Below, in pieces: positions 13,718-25,403 of a stretch of DNA of 64,000 nucleotides (position 1 is the stretch's first letter; each line of letters begins with the position of its first letter). The stretch is from Octopus sinensis (Eukaryota). The notes under the pieces were generated by a model. That model had not been told where the DNA came from, made no database searches, and saw only the letters and a program-made list of their open reading frames with translations. Location of the stretch: NCBI RefSeq assembly GCF_006345805.1, contig NC_042997.1, positions 159,340,001-159,404,000 on the forward strand, in the 5' to 3' direction. The position numbers were made by a program, and so were the translations under genes.

Positions 13718-14857
13718 AAAGTCGAGTACTTTTCTTATCATTAACCATTTACAGTAGGGACTATGTGCATTTTATCATACTACCAGCACTAGAGAGCTCT
13801 GCCTTGTATCAGTTCTTATTTGGAGTTGCTGCTTTCTTAAGGTTACCATGAAACAAGTGGTGTTAATATAGTCTTCATTTATTCCTGCAAAATCAATCAT
13901 AATACTGTTCCTCTACATTCACTAGGGTTGTTTCTTTACTTTCTCGTCTCTTCATTTTCTAGGTGTTAACAAAACAGGTACCAGTCATGTATTGGGATTA
14001 ATTCATTCATTCACAGATCAGTTCCAATTTAAGAGATCAATATGCATATGACAAACGTTACAAGACTTAGAGATGCCAAAGAGAAGAACTACACAAACAA
14101 ATGTTAGATGGGGAGGTGCTATTTGATGGAGATTTGGTTGCTATATCTAACAGACTGATGGTCCTTATAGAGAGCCCATTGCTAGTTTATATAGGAAAAT
14201 GTAAATGAATCGATGAGAAAAGGAATTGAAAGAATTCATTGGTATCATATAACTGATATGATTAATGGAAATAAAAAACATATACAGACAGTAATGAAGG
14301 TTAAACAAGGTGGACTTAGACAGAAGTAGCTTGAATAAAATTTAGCTCAATAAGTGACTGAATTAAAGTGGATACTTGACCTAAGAATGAAATACTTTTC
14401 AACATTGCAGACCCACTTTACTGCATTAAACAATATTTTAAATCAAGGATGAAGAGGAAGAGGAAAAGCAATGGAGATAAACATATGCAAAGATACTAAT
14501 TCAGCTAATTGATGCCTATACCAGTTGAACGCAATCCAGATTGGACTGAACAATACCTAAAACAGTAGCCAAATCTTTCTCTCTCAAATCACATTGTATT
14601 CTTTAAAAAAAGAAATAACGAATTAAAAGTAGGAAGGACATACTGAATACTGTAGCTTGATTCAGATTAGGCCTAAAAAGATGAATTGGTCAGAGTTAGA
14701 ATGTCTCTAGATCAGGATTAACATGGCGCCAAACAAAACATCTCAAAAAAGTAAAAGTAAATAAAAAGGCAAAGTGATCGTGGTTGACCTGGTCCTAAAC
14801 AACAGTAACAACCACCTCAAAATATAAGAAGAAGTGACACAAATATAGCCTTACAAA

Positions 14858-15553
14858 TCTTTTACTCTTTTACTTGTCCCAGTCATTTTGACTGTGGCCA
14901 TGCTGGAGCACCACCTTTAGTCAAGCAAATCAACCCCAGGACTTATTCTTTGTAAGCCTAGTGCTTATTCTATCGGTCACTTTTGCCGAACCGCTAAGTT
15001 ACGGGCACGTAAACACACCAGCATTGGTTGTCAAGCGATATTGGGGGAGACAAACACAGACACACAAACATATACACACACACACGTGTATATATCATCA
15101 TCATCATCGTTTAACGTCCGTTCTCCATGCTAGCATGGGTTGGACGGTTCGACCGGGGATCTGGGAAGCCAGAAGGCTGCACCAGGCTCCAGTCTTATCT
15201 GGCAGTGTTTCTACAGCTGGATGCCCTTCCTAACGCCAACCACTCCGTGAGTGTAGTGGGTGCTTTTTACGTGTCACCTGCACAGGTGCCAGGCGAGGCT
15301 GGCAACGGCCACGGTCGGATTGGTGTATTTTATGTGCCACCGGCACGGAAGCCAGACGAGGCGGTGCTGGCATATATATATATATATATATAACGAGCTT
15401 CTTTCAGTTTCCATCTACCAAATCCACTCACAAGGCTTTAGTCGGTCCAAGGCTATAGTAGAAGACACTTGCCCAAGGTGCCACGCTGTGGGGCTGAACC
15501 TGGAACCATGTTGTTGGTAAGCAAGCTACTTACCACACACCAACTCCTATGCC
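14858..15553 (-). mobile_element. SINE family A interrupted in its central microsatellite by an RTE 3' fragment (15095-15371, minus)
   Basis: SINE tail 14858-15090 and head 15393-15553 flank the RTE terminus with its (CAT)n tail. Confidence 0.87.
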
Positions 15554-16734
15554 TTTGAGAATAAGTTATGAAGAGAGAGAGATGGGCGAAGGGAGAAAGA
15601 AGCAGAGAGGAGAGATGGAAAGAGCATAGAAAATGAATATATAAGAATTAGTTGGCAAATGGAACATAGGAAGATAAATGTTGAAAGATCTAAGATGAAA
15701 AAAATAAATAGATAGCAGCATTGGTCGATTTTTATAGAAATTCAGTGCCCTAGGTAACTTAGCATGTTTTGAATCTTAAAATATTCAATATTTCTTAGAC
15801 AAAAATCTTCAGTAAATCATCTATGAGAAAAAAAAATCCTGATTCCATAATATATCCATCAAACCAATTCCTCTGGTATTAGCTATAGTTAGAATCCTAG
15901 CCTCCAGCATCAGTCTTTCAACACCTGTTCTTTCTCCTCCACCGTCCACCCAATAAGGTTTGCTGCCTCTTTCAATGGCTTTGAAAGTGTCTTTAGCTCT
16001 AGACATATTGACGTATATGCAAATGGAGTTTCATGGAGTATATCTGATGTCTGTTATTGTTGTTGTTTAGACAAGCCAGCCCTAAACGAGTAGACTTATG
16101 TTCAAAGGTATTCCAACCATAACCATCTTCACTGAATTATATTGTCCAATGTGTCTTACCCTTTTATGAGATGACAGAACTATTTGAGAAAATTTGGCTG
16201 CTATTTCTAGCAGATCAAAGAACTATGTAGAAACCCTCTCCTAATTTCTCTATTATTTGTTGATGTTAGTAATGCAAATAGTTAGAGTATGATCAACATT
16301 TCTTTTTAGCAACTATTGCCTCTAGCAGCAAGACACCCACATATAGCATAAGCTATACAGAAAATAAAATACATATAAAGATAATTACAATGATTAACCA
16401 CCAATGAGTAATTACATCAACTATGGAAAGGCAATGATATTTGAACAACAGAATAGTTACTACCATTATTATAAATGATTTTAGTGGTAGCAATGCTCTT
16501 ATCCACCAGGCCACTTATATAGGTATGGGTGTCAATGCCTGAGTGCAAGAGTTCTCAAATTCATAGATGCCCTACCAGCCCTCAAAAAATAATATCAGTA
16601 ATGTGTTTTCTGGGTTTTTTTTTCTTTCTTTGGCTCTCGTATCATCTTTACTAATGTCACACCCTTTAATATAATAATCCTCACAAGGTACTATGGAAAA
16701 ATGTTCCCTATTACAATGAAAAGTGCTGCCAGAA

Positions 16735-16955
16735 CTAATATTGGTTTCAAATTCTGGCACAAGGCCAGCAATTTCAGGATAGGGGCTAAGTTGATTTGAT
16801 CAACCCCAGTGCTCAACTGGTATTTATTTTATCAACCCTGAAAGGATGAAAGGCAAAGCTGACCCCGGCAGCAATTGAACTAAGAACATGAAGATGGATA
16901 AAATGCTGTTAGGCATTTTGCCCAGCATGCTAAAATTCTGCCAGATTGCTGCTTT
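16735..16955 (-). mobile_element. SINE family B variant
   Basis: Same central domain with an alternative 3' end GCTGGCCTTGTGCCAGAATTTGAAACC; similar copies at 17437-17640 (+) and 63560-63765 (-). Confidence 0.75.
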
Positions 16956-17049
16956 CCTGCCACAACTAATATTATTACTTCAGAAATAAAAGTTCGTAGT
17001 TTCAATCCTGTCTGGGACTGTGTACATCTTCAACAATAAGATCTTTGAT

Positions 17050-17290
17050 GATAATCATCATCATCATCATCATCATCATTTAACGTCTGCTTTCCATGCT
17101 AGCATGGGCTGAGCGATTTGACTGAGGACTGGCGAACCAGATGGCTGCACCAGGCTCCAATCTAATCTAGCAGAGTTTCTACAGCTGGATGCCCTTCCTA
17201 ACACCAACCACTCAGAGAGTGTAGTGGGTGCTTTTATGTGCCACCGGCACAAGAGCCAGTCTGGAGGTACTGGCAACAGCCACGCTCAAT
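17050..17290 (-). mobile_element. RTE-family 3' terminal fragment
   Basis: (CAT)n then TTTAACGTCTGCTTTCCATGCTAGCATGGG...GTGGGTGCTTTTATGTGCCACCGGCAC. Confidence 0.87.
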
Positions 17291-18156
17291 GTGATCAAAC
17301 TGATTAAACAATATCTTTCATAATAAATAATTAAATAATTAAATAATAACTTGCTCCAGCATGGCCACAGTCAAATGACTGAAACAAGCAAAAGAGTAAA
17401 AGAGTAATTCCAAACCTGAACATATTTTCTTATTAAGGTGAAAAGGTGGCACACCAAGTAAAATGCTTAGCAGCATTTCATTCACCTTTATGTTTTGAGT
17501 TCAAATTCCACTGAGGTCGATTATTTCCTTTCGTCCTTCTGGGATCGATAAAATAAGTACCTGTTGAGCACTGGGATCAATGTAATTGACTAGCTCCCTC
17601 CTTCAAACTTGCTGGCTTTGTGCCAAAATTTGAAATCAATATATACTCTTTTTTTTACATAACATGGACATATATAAGTTGGTGAATCAACTGACATTGT
17701 TTGGTTATAATTCTACCAATTAGGTTTCCATCTTTAATACAAACTAGATTTACAACATATTCTCATTTTACAAATGAAGAATGTGTTGAGAAATATTCCG
17801 TTGCCATATTGGTGTGTCAAAGAACTATATAGAAGATTACTTCCTGAGTTTGATAATAATGTTTTACAATATTGTATGAAAGAGATTATTATTATCCAGT
17901 AATTTATCTAAATTATAGAATAGATTTCTGTCTGCTGTTTACCAGAGGGCAGAGTACTTTGATCCTATATGCTTAGGAATACAACAAACATAAAACACAA
18001 AAAATTCCCTCAAAAACTATCATAGTTAACTAGTTGTAGTTGTTGTTGTTGTTGTTGTTATCCTCAGGTCAGCTCTGATTCAGCGGATCTATAATCAAAG
18101 GTATTAGGTATTCAAATCATAAATATTTTATCTGAGTATGTAATACTACATTAGAA

Positions 18157-18870
18157 AATGCATGTGGCTTAGTGGTTAGAGTAGTTAGCTCACAACCATA
18201 AGGTCACAAGTTCGATTCCCAGCAGTGTGTTGTATCTTTGAGCAAGACACTTTACTTCACATTGCTCCAGTCCACTTAGCTGATAAAAGTGAGTTGTCCT
18301 AGTAATTCAAAGGGTCGGCTATGTTGCATTCTGTGAGGCAATGAATCTTCCTGAGAACTACATTAAGGCAGCAAGCTTGCAGAAACGTTAGCACGCCGGG
18401 TGAAATGTTTAGCGGTATTTCATCTGCTGTTACATTCTGAGTTCAAATTCCTCCGAGGTCGACTTTGCCTTTCATCCTTTTGGGTCGATAAATTAAGTAC
18501 CAGTTACACCCTGGTTGGGTTCGATGTAATCAAATTAATCTGTTTGTCTGTCCTTGTTTGTTTCCTCTGTGTTTAGCCCCTTGTGGGTAGTAAAGAAATA
18601 GGTATTTCGTCTGTCTTTACGTTCTGAGTTCAAATTCCGCCGAGGTCGACTTTGTCTTTCATCCTTCCGGGGTCGATAAATTAAGTACCAGTTACGCACT
18701 GGGGTTGATGTAATCGACAATCTGTTTGTCTGTCCTTGTTTGTCTCCTCGGTGTTTAGCCCCTTGTAGGTAGTAAAGAAATCTGTATGTGTTTGTGAAGT
18801 GCTCAGCTACTTGCACACTAACTTCATGAGCAGGCTGTTCTGTTGATCAAATCAACTGGAACACTTGCAT
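18157..18870 (+). mobile_element. SINE family C interrupted by a partially duplicated family B SINE (18367-18780)
   Basis: tRNA-like head TGGCTTAGTGGTTAGAG...AGTTCGATTCC; the B body GGTATTTCGTCTG...GTAAAGAAAT occurs twice in tandem. Confidence 0.82.
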
Positions 18871-19292
18871 TATCTCATGTATCCTTCTCCTCACCATTTT
18901 TTTGCAGATAATGAGATTCAAGGAGATTTAGTAGCTATTTTTAGCAAGTGAAGTGAACATGTAGAGACTATCTTGTCGGTGAGTGGACAACAAAAAGGTT
19001 TGACTTCAGTGATTCCTTGAATCAACATTTGCTCTTTACATTCCAAGTTTAAATCCTACTGAGATCAGTACAAGGGTCAATCAAGTACAAGAGGCAATGA
19101 TATTGACAAACAGCCTCTCATCAAAACTGCTGGCCTTGTGCTAAATCAGAAATCGTTATTTATAATAGTTGAAATCTAGAATAATCTGATTCTATTACAC
19201 TAAGTACTAGCAGCTTAAACCACTTCATGAAGTAAGTATTAACCTAGTCTTTCCCTCCATTACTTCTTTGAAGAGTATAGTGATAATTAACA

Positions 19293-19670
19293 GGTGCAGG
19301 CATGGCTGAATAGTTAAGAAGCTTGCTTTGCAACCATGTGGTTTTGGGTTCAGTTCCAATGTGAAGCACTTTGAGTGTCTTCTAATATAGCCCCAAACTT
19401 TATGAGTGAATCTAGTAGATGGAAACTGTGTGGAAATCTGTCGTAAATGTGTGTGTGTGTATCTGTGAAGGTGTGTATTCATGTGTGTCTATGCTTCTCC
19501 CCACTCATTACTTGACAACTGTTTACATTCCTGTAACTTAATGATGTGGCAAAAGGAATCTACAGAACAAGTACCAGACTTCAAAAAAATAAAAATGTAT
19601 TGGGGTTGATCTGTTCTACTAAAACCCTTCAAGGCAGTTCCCCAGCTTGGTTGCAGAAGTAAAAGATAAA
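19293..19670 (+). mobile_element. Degenerate SINE family A
   Basis: Head, central (TG)n and body motifs recognisable. Confidence 0.7.
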
Positions 19671-19939
19671 GATAAAACCAAATAGTAATTTTTGCAACAT
19701 TAGTCCATTGTTAACTATTAAACAGAAACCTGAAAACAGCCTTTCCTTCAGAAATAAATGCAGAATGAATTCAAAAGACCTATGCATATTTTTAAAACCC
19801 TTTTGATAGCAACTCGCCTGAGGTTTACATTACAAAAACATCTGTTTTAAAGTGATATATATACATACACACACATATATACACATATATGTATGTATGT
19901 ATGTGTATATGTATACAAGTGAACAAATGAAAGAAAATT

Positions 19940-19971
19940 GTACTCAACACATTTGGTAGGAGTTACAAGTG

Positions 19972-20004
<33 letters not shown>

Positions 20005-20036
20005 CACTTGTAACTCCTACCAAATGTGTTGAGTAC
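19940..20036. repeat. 33-bp perfect inverted repeat around (TA)n
   Basis: gtactcaacacatttggtaggagttacaagtga (19940-19972) is the reverse complement of 20004-20036. Confidence 0.95.
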
Positions 20037-20102
<66 letters not shown>

Positions 20103-20999
20103 GATAGCAATAAGAAAATGGAGGGGATCAATAGGTGGTTCATCAACTTTTAAATATAATATGTTAACTTATTTATTTATTTATTTACTAAACTGACAAT
20201 TACAAGAATATATATATACATGTATAATATATTATGCTTTACATATAAGATAATATTAATATATAAAGATATCAGTAATTATTACAATATAACATACATG
20301 ATCATAAATTGGGAAGGCACACACACATTTCGGCCTTCTAAGAATTTGTGTTCCAATCAGTAGTTAAATAATAAAGGAATGGCAGGTAAAACACCTAGCA
20401 GTATTTAGTTTGAGCACTTTATGTTCTGAGTTCAAATCTTGCAGCGGATAACCTTGCCTTCTATCATTCAGGAGTTCATGAAATACAATAGCACTGAAGT
20501 AGGAAGTGCAACTGGCCATAAAAATCTACCTAGAAAAACTCTGTCTGACCCATGCATGTGGACAAATGTGGACATTACAACGACCATAATATAACATATT
20601 TTGAGATAATTTTTCATTTCTGAAAATACATGCAATTAAATTCATAAAATGTATGCACTATTCATGTTACAACTATTATGTTACAGTTTTTATGTTCTAA
20701 CGTTTTTCACACAGCTGCCTGTGTACTTTCATATATATATATATATATACGTATGTATGTATGTATATATAGTCTTTTATTCTTTTACTTGTTTCAGTCA
20801 CTTGACTGCGGCTGTGCTGGAGCACTGCTTTTAGTCGAGCAAATCAACCCCAGGACTTATTCTAGTGGTCTCTTGTGCCAAACTGCTAAGTTACAAGGTC
20901 ATAAACACACCAGCATCAGTTGTCAAGTGATATTCAGGGGACAAACACAGATCCACACATACACACACACACACTATATATATATATGAGAGAGAGAGA

Positions 21000-21283
21000 C
21001 CACTATTATGCAATTCAAACAATGATAGACATAAACCAAATCATAAATAAAAAATAAAATATATTTTAAAACTTATAACCAGATCACAAAAAATACAAAA
21101 ATGAATAAGCAATATACAATAAGTAATATTACTTATTACTTATTATATATTACTTATTACTTATTATATATTGTTTATTCATTTTTGTACTTTTCGTGAT
21201 CTAGTTATATGTTTTAAAATATATTTTATTTTTTATTTATGATTTGGTTTATGTCTATCATTGTTTGAATTGCATAATAGTGG
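21000..21283. repeat. Long fold-back palindrome (~125-bp arms)
   Basis: ccactattatgcaattcaaacaatgatagac... pairs with ...gtctatcattgtttgaattgcataatagtgg; symmetric centre aataagtaat|attacttatt. Confidence 0.93.
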
Positions 21284-21310
21284 CTTTTCTCTAATTTATA
21301 TATATCTCTC

Positions 21311-21712
21311 TCTTTTCTCTTTTACTCTTTTACTTGTTTCAGTCATTTGACTGCAGCCATGCTGGAGCACCGCCTTTAGTCGAGCAAATCGACCCCGGGA
21401 CTTATTCTTTGTAAGCCCAGTACTTATTCTCTCAGTCTCTTTTGCCGAACCGCTAAGTGACAGCGACGTAAACACACCAGCATCGGTTGTCAAGCAATGC
21501 TAGAGGGACAAACACAGACACACAAACATATACATACACATATATACATATATACGACAGGCTCCTTTCAGTTTCCGTCTACCAAATCCACTCACAAGGC
21601 ATTGGTCGGCCCGAGGCTATAGCAGAAGACACTTGCTCAAGATGCCACGCAGTGGGACTGAACCCAGAACCATGTGGTTGGTAGGCAAGCTACTTACCAC
21701 ACAGCCACTCCT
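21311..21712 (-). mobile_element. tRNA-derived SINE, family A (full length)
   Basis: Close reverse complement of 24531-24939. Confidence 0.9.
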
Positions 21713-21803
21713 ATATATTTATATTGTGAAATTTTATTTAATACTAAATTGAATTTTTCCCTGTAAGTTTGGAGTTATACTCCCTAATATTATCATATAT
21801 ATA

Positions 21804-22362
21804 TGTTGAGGCAAGTGAAATCAAATCAAAATCAAATCAAATTCGATGACTGGCATCCGTGCTAGCAGGGTGCAAAGAGCACCATTTGAGTGTGATCATT
21901 GACAGAGCGGCTAACTGGCTTCAGTATCAGTGGCACTTGAAAGGCACCATTCGAGCATGATCGTTACCAGCGTCGCCTTACTGGCACTCAAGCCCCGTGC
22001 TAGTAGTGTATTAAGAGCACCATCCGAGCATGATCGTTGCCAGAGCGGCTATCTGGTCTTCATGCTGGTGGCACGTAAAAGATACCATTCGAGCGTGATC
22101 ATTACCAGCATCGCCTTACTAGCACCTGTGCCGGTGGCATGTGTAAAAGATTCAAGCGAGGTCGTTGCCAGTACTGCCTGACTGGCCCCGTGCCAGTGCC
22201 ACATAAAAGCACCCACTACACTCTCGGAGTGGTTGGCATTAGGAAGAGCATCCAGCTGTAGAAACTCTGCCAGATCAAGATTGAATCTGGTTCACCAGCC
22301 CTCAGTCATTCGTCCAACCCATGCTAGCATAGAAAGCAGACGTTAAATGATGATGATGATGA
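21804..22362 (+). mobile_element. RTE 3' UTR with five hairpin units and (GAT)n tail
   Basis: tgttgaggcaagtgaaatc start as in the 47.8 kb copy; repeated CACCATTCGAGC..GATCGTT.CCAG-loop-CTGGC..GTGCCGGTGGCAC units; common terminus. Confidence 0.85.
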
Positions 22363-23263
22363 TATGACGAGCTTCTTTCAGTTTCCATCTACAAAATCCA
22401 CTCACAAGGCTTTGGTTGGCCTGAGGCTTTAGTAGAAGACACTCGCCCAAGTGGGACTGAACCCAGGACCATGTGGTTGGTAAGCAAGCTACTTACCACA
22501 CAGCCACTCCTGTACCTTTATTCATTTATATGTATGTGTGTATGTGTTTACTCCCTAGTCTGTACTAATTGTTATATTCTTGTCATTTTTCAATAAACCT
22601 TCCCGTTATGTATATATATGTTTGTATATATATGTATGTTTATATATGTATATGTATGTATATATATGTAAACATATAAAATAACTAAGACCAGTGAATA
22701 ACATTAATATATACATAAAAGCAAAATACAAATTGTCACTGACTAATCAGGAGAAATGAAATGGGTGAAGGACATCAGTGAAGTAAATGGATGATATACA
22801 GTAAATATTTTAAACAAAGAATCACAATGTAAATTGGTGAAGGGGAAGCAGGGAGAAGTGATGAAAGTAGAGAGACAGGAATATGGGTGTCAACAGAAGA
22901 GGCAGATATGTTAAATACAATGAAAGACAGGCAGAAGTGAGAGATAGAAAATGAGAAAGATAAAGAAAAGAGCTACTGAATGACAGAGTGAAACACTGCT
23001 AAAGTTATGTTTTAATAACTTATCAATACAGAGGAGTTAAATATATTTTCATTTATTTGGAAATGTGGTGAATTATAGATCATTATGCTATGAAATAGAG
23101 GTCTGAAAATTTTGTTTGCTTTTACACAGATATTAGTCTAAATAAGGTAACAGCCGCTGATCAACATGAAATATATGTTCTGGGTTTAAGTTTACACACA
23201 CACATGCATATATATATATATATATATCTACATACACATAGATATGTTATCCAAAGTGTATAG

Positions 23264-23312
<49 letters not shown>

Positions 23313-24196
23313 ATGCTAGCATGGAAAACGGATGCTAAATGATGATGATGATGATATCCAATACATTTGTTTGTTTGTACTCCACCTGCCTTCGTCTTTT
23401 GTTTATTTTCATAAACCTTCCCGTTATGTATATATATGTTTGTATATATATGTATGTTTATATATGTATATGTATGTATATATATGTATGCTCATATATA
23501 TATATATGTTTATATGCAGCACGGAATTTTGTCAGTGAACAGGTCGCGGTCTCAAAGCAAAGAAACTATTTTGGCGAATTAAATTTAAATGTTGAAGTGA
23601 ATCTAACGGTTTTTGTGTGTTTTTAAATGGCTTATAAACACCTTCCATGCTGCAATTGTATTTGTTTCAGCACACGGTCTCAGATCAAGTCACTTGCTTT
23701 GCAAGTACATTTCCATAAATAGAATATTTTGGCTGGCCAAAATATTCTATGACCAATTTATATGCTAAAAGATTAAGTGGTCAAAATGCATGACACTCTC
23801 ACTGGTCACTACTGAGATAAATTTTCATCTCTCCCAACAAAATCAAAAGAGATGTCATCTCAGGATAAATACTGTGGTAACTGGCCTATCAACATCATGA
23901 CATGCATATGGCTAAGTTATTATGAGTTGCCTTATTAGAATTAGAGTAACAGATTGTTTTGAATAAGTAACCAGAAATAGATCAAACTGAACATTAACCA
24001 CACTAACTTCACAATCTTTCCATCTAGGAAAGACAGTGATAAATGAGAGTCCCTTCTTTAATCTAAGATATGATGATTAATTATTTTACCATTCATTAAA
24101 GAAAAACATTTACAAAAACTGAAAATAAATAAAAAATAATATAAGGAGGACAAGGAGAAACATAGTTGACCTCCAAAAACATATTACAAGACTCAC

Positions 24197-24301
24197 CTTT
24201 TTCTTAGTTCCAACTACAACAGTTGAACACTTAAAATATGGGTAAGGATGTTAACATCACACTGCTACAGGTTAGAAACACACTTTTGCACCTGTTGGAA
24301 T
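24197..24301 (-). other. Candidate 105-nt non-coding or poison host exon
   Basis: Minus-strand gtttatttccAG acceptor and AAG|GTGAGT consensus donor; stops in all three frames. Confidence 0.4.
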
Positions 24302-24530
24302 CTGGAAATAAACAATAAATATTATAGGTTAAAATCTGGAAATAAACAACAGATATATGTATACATATGTCACAGTATGTGAATATAGTAGATGCTAACA
24401 AATTTTAGGTAGTGAATAACAATACTTTAACCAATCTAGACTTTACTCAGTATTAGAAGTAAATACTGGATCACTGATCAAATCCACCCAAATATAAAGA
24501 GAAATAGCTCCATATATATATATATATATA

Positions 24531-24703
24531 GGCGCAGGAGTGGCTGTGTGGTAAGTAGCTTGCTTACCAACCACATGGTTCCGGGTTCAGTCCCACTGCG
24601 TGGCATGTTGGGCAAATGTCTTCTACTATAGCCTCGGGCTGACCTAAGCCTTGTGAGTGGATTTGGTAGACGGAAACTGAAAGAAGCTCTCGTCGTATAT
24701 ATG

Positions 24704-24735
<32 letters not shown>

Positions 24736-24939
24736 CATGTTTGTGTGTCTGTGTTTGTCCCCCTAGCATTGCTTGACAACCGATGCTGGTGTGTTTACGT
24801 CACCGTCACTTAGCGGTTCGGCAAAAGAGACTGATAGAATAAGTACTGGGCTCACAAAGAATAAGTCCTGGGGTCGATTTGCTCGACTAAAGGTGGTGCT
24901 CCAGCATAGCCGCAGTCAAATGACTGAAACAAGTAAAAG
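24531..24939 (+). mobile_element. tRNA-derived SINE, family A (full length, young)
   Basis: GGCGCAGGAGTGGCTGTGTGGTAAG (A box) ... GGGTTCAGTCCC (B box), CORE-like TTGGGCAAATGTCTT, central (TA)n, tail CAGTCAAATGACTGAAACAAGTAAAAG. Further copies near 6540, 20775, 22365, 30560, 34731, 52818, 54955, 57777, 59340 and 60530. Confidence 0.92.
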
Positions 24940-25403
24940 GGTGAATATATATATATAAATAAAAAAGTTTTTAATGATTTGACTACACTAAGATCTCAAA
25001 TTGTATTGCAAGATATGAATGTAGAAGTGGAAAATTGAAATGACCTTTGTTAGATATAATGACAATGCTGGATATGTATATGTATGTAGTTGGGTGTTTG
25101 AGTGTGTATGTATATGAATGTGAGTGTGAGCATGTGTGAATGATGTTATAGTCATTACAATATATAAATTACAAGTAAATTAACAGTATTTTTTTTTATT
25201 TATGTATTACAATACCATAAGAGATATCAATATATTGTATGTATAGAGTGATGCCTTACACATCAATATATAACACCTTCAATAATCAATATCTTCATGG
25301 ACGGAAAAAGAAAATGGGTCAATTGGACAAGTTTAAATCCTGTGTTGGGATTTCATCAGCAAGTGAGCAGCCTCTTTCGCTGTCTACTGAGACAAGGTTT
25401 ATA

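Noticed and set aside
13963-13977. 15-nt microexon after a strong pyrimidine tract
   Set aside because: Weak donor (GTACCA), and the segment matches a decayed family B SINE domain.
15821-16006. Unique-looking 61-aa ORF
   Set aside because: No recognisable motif or convincing splice boundaries.
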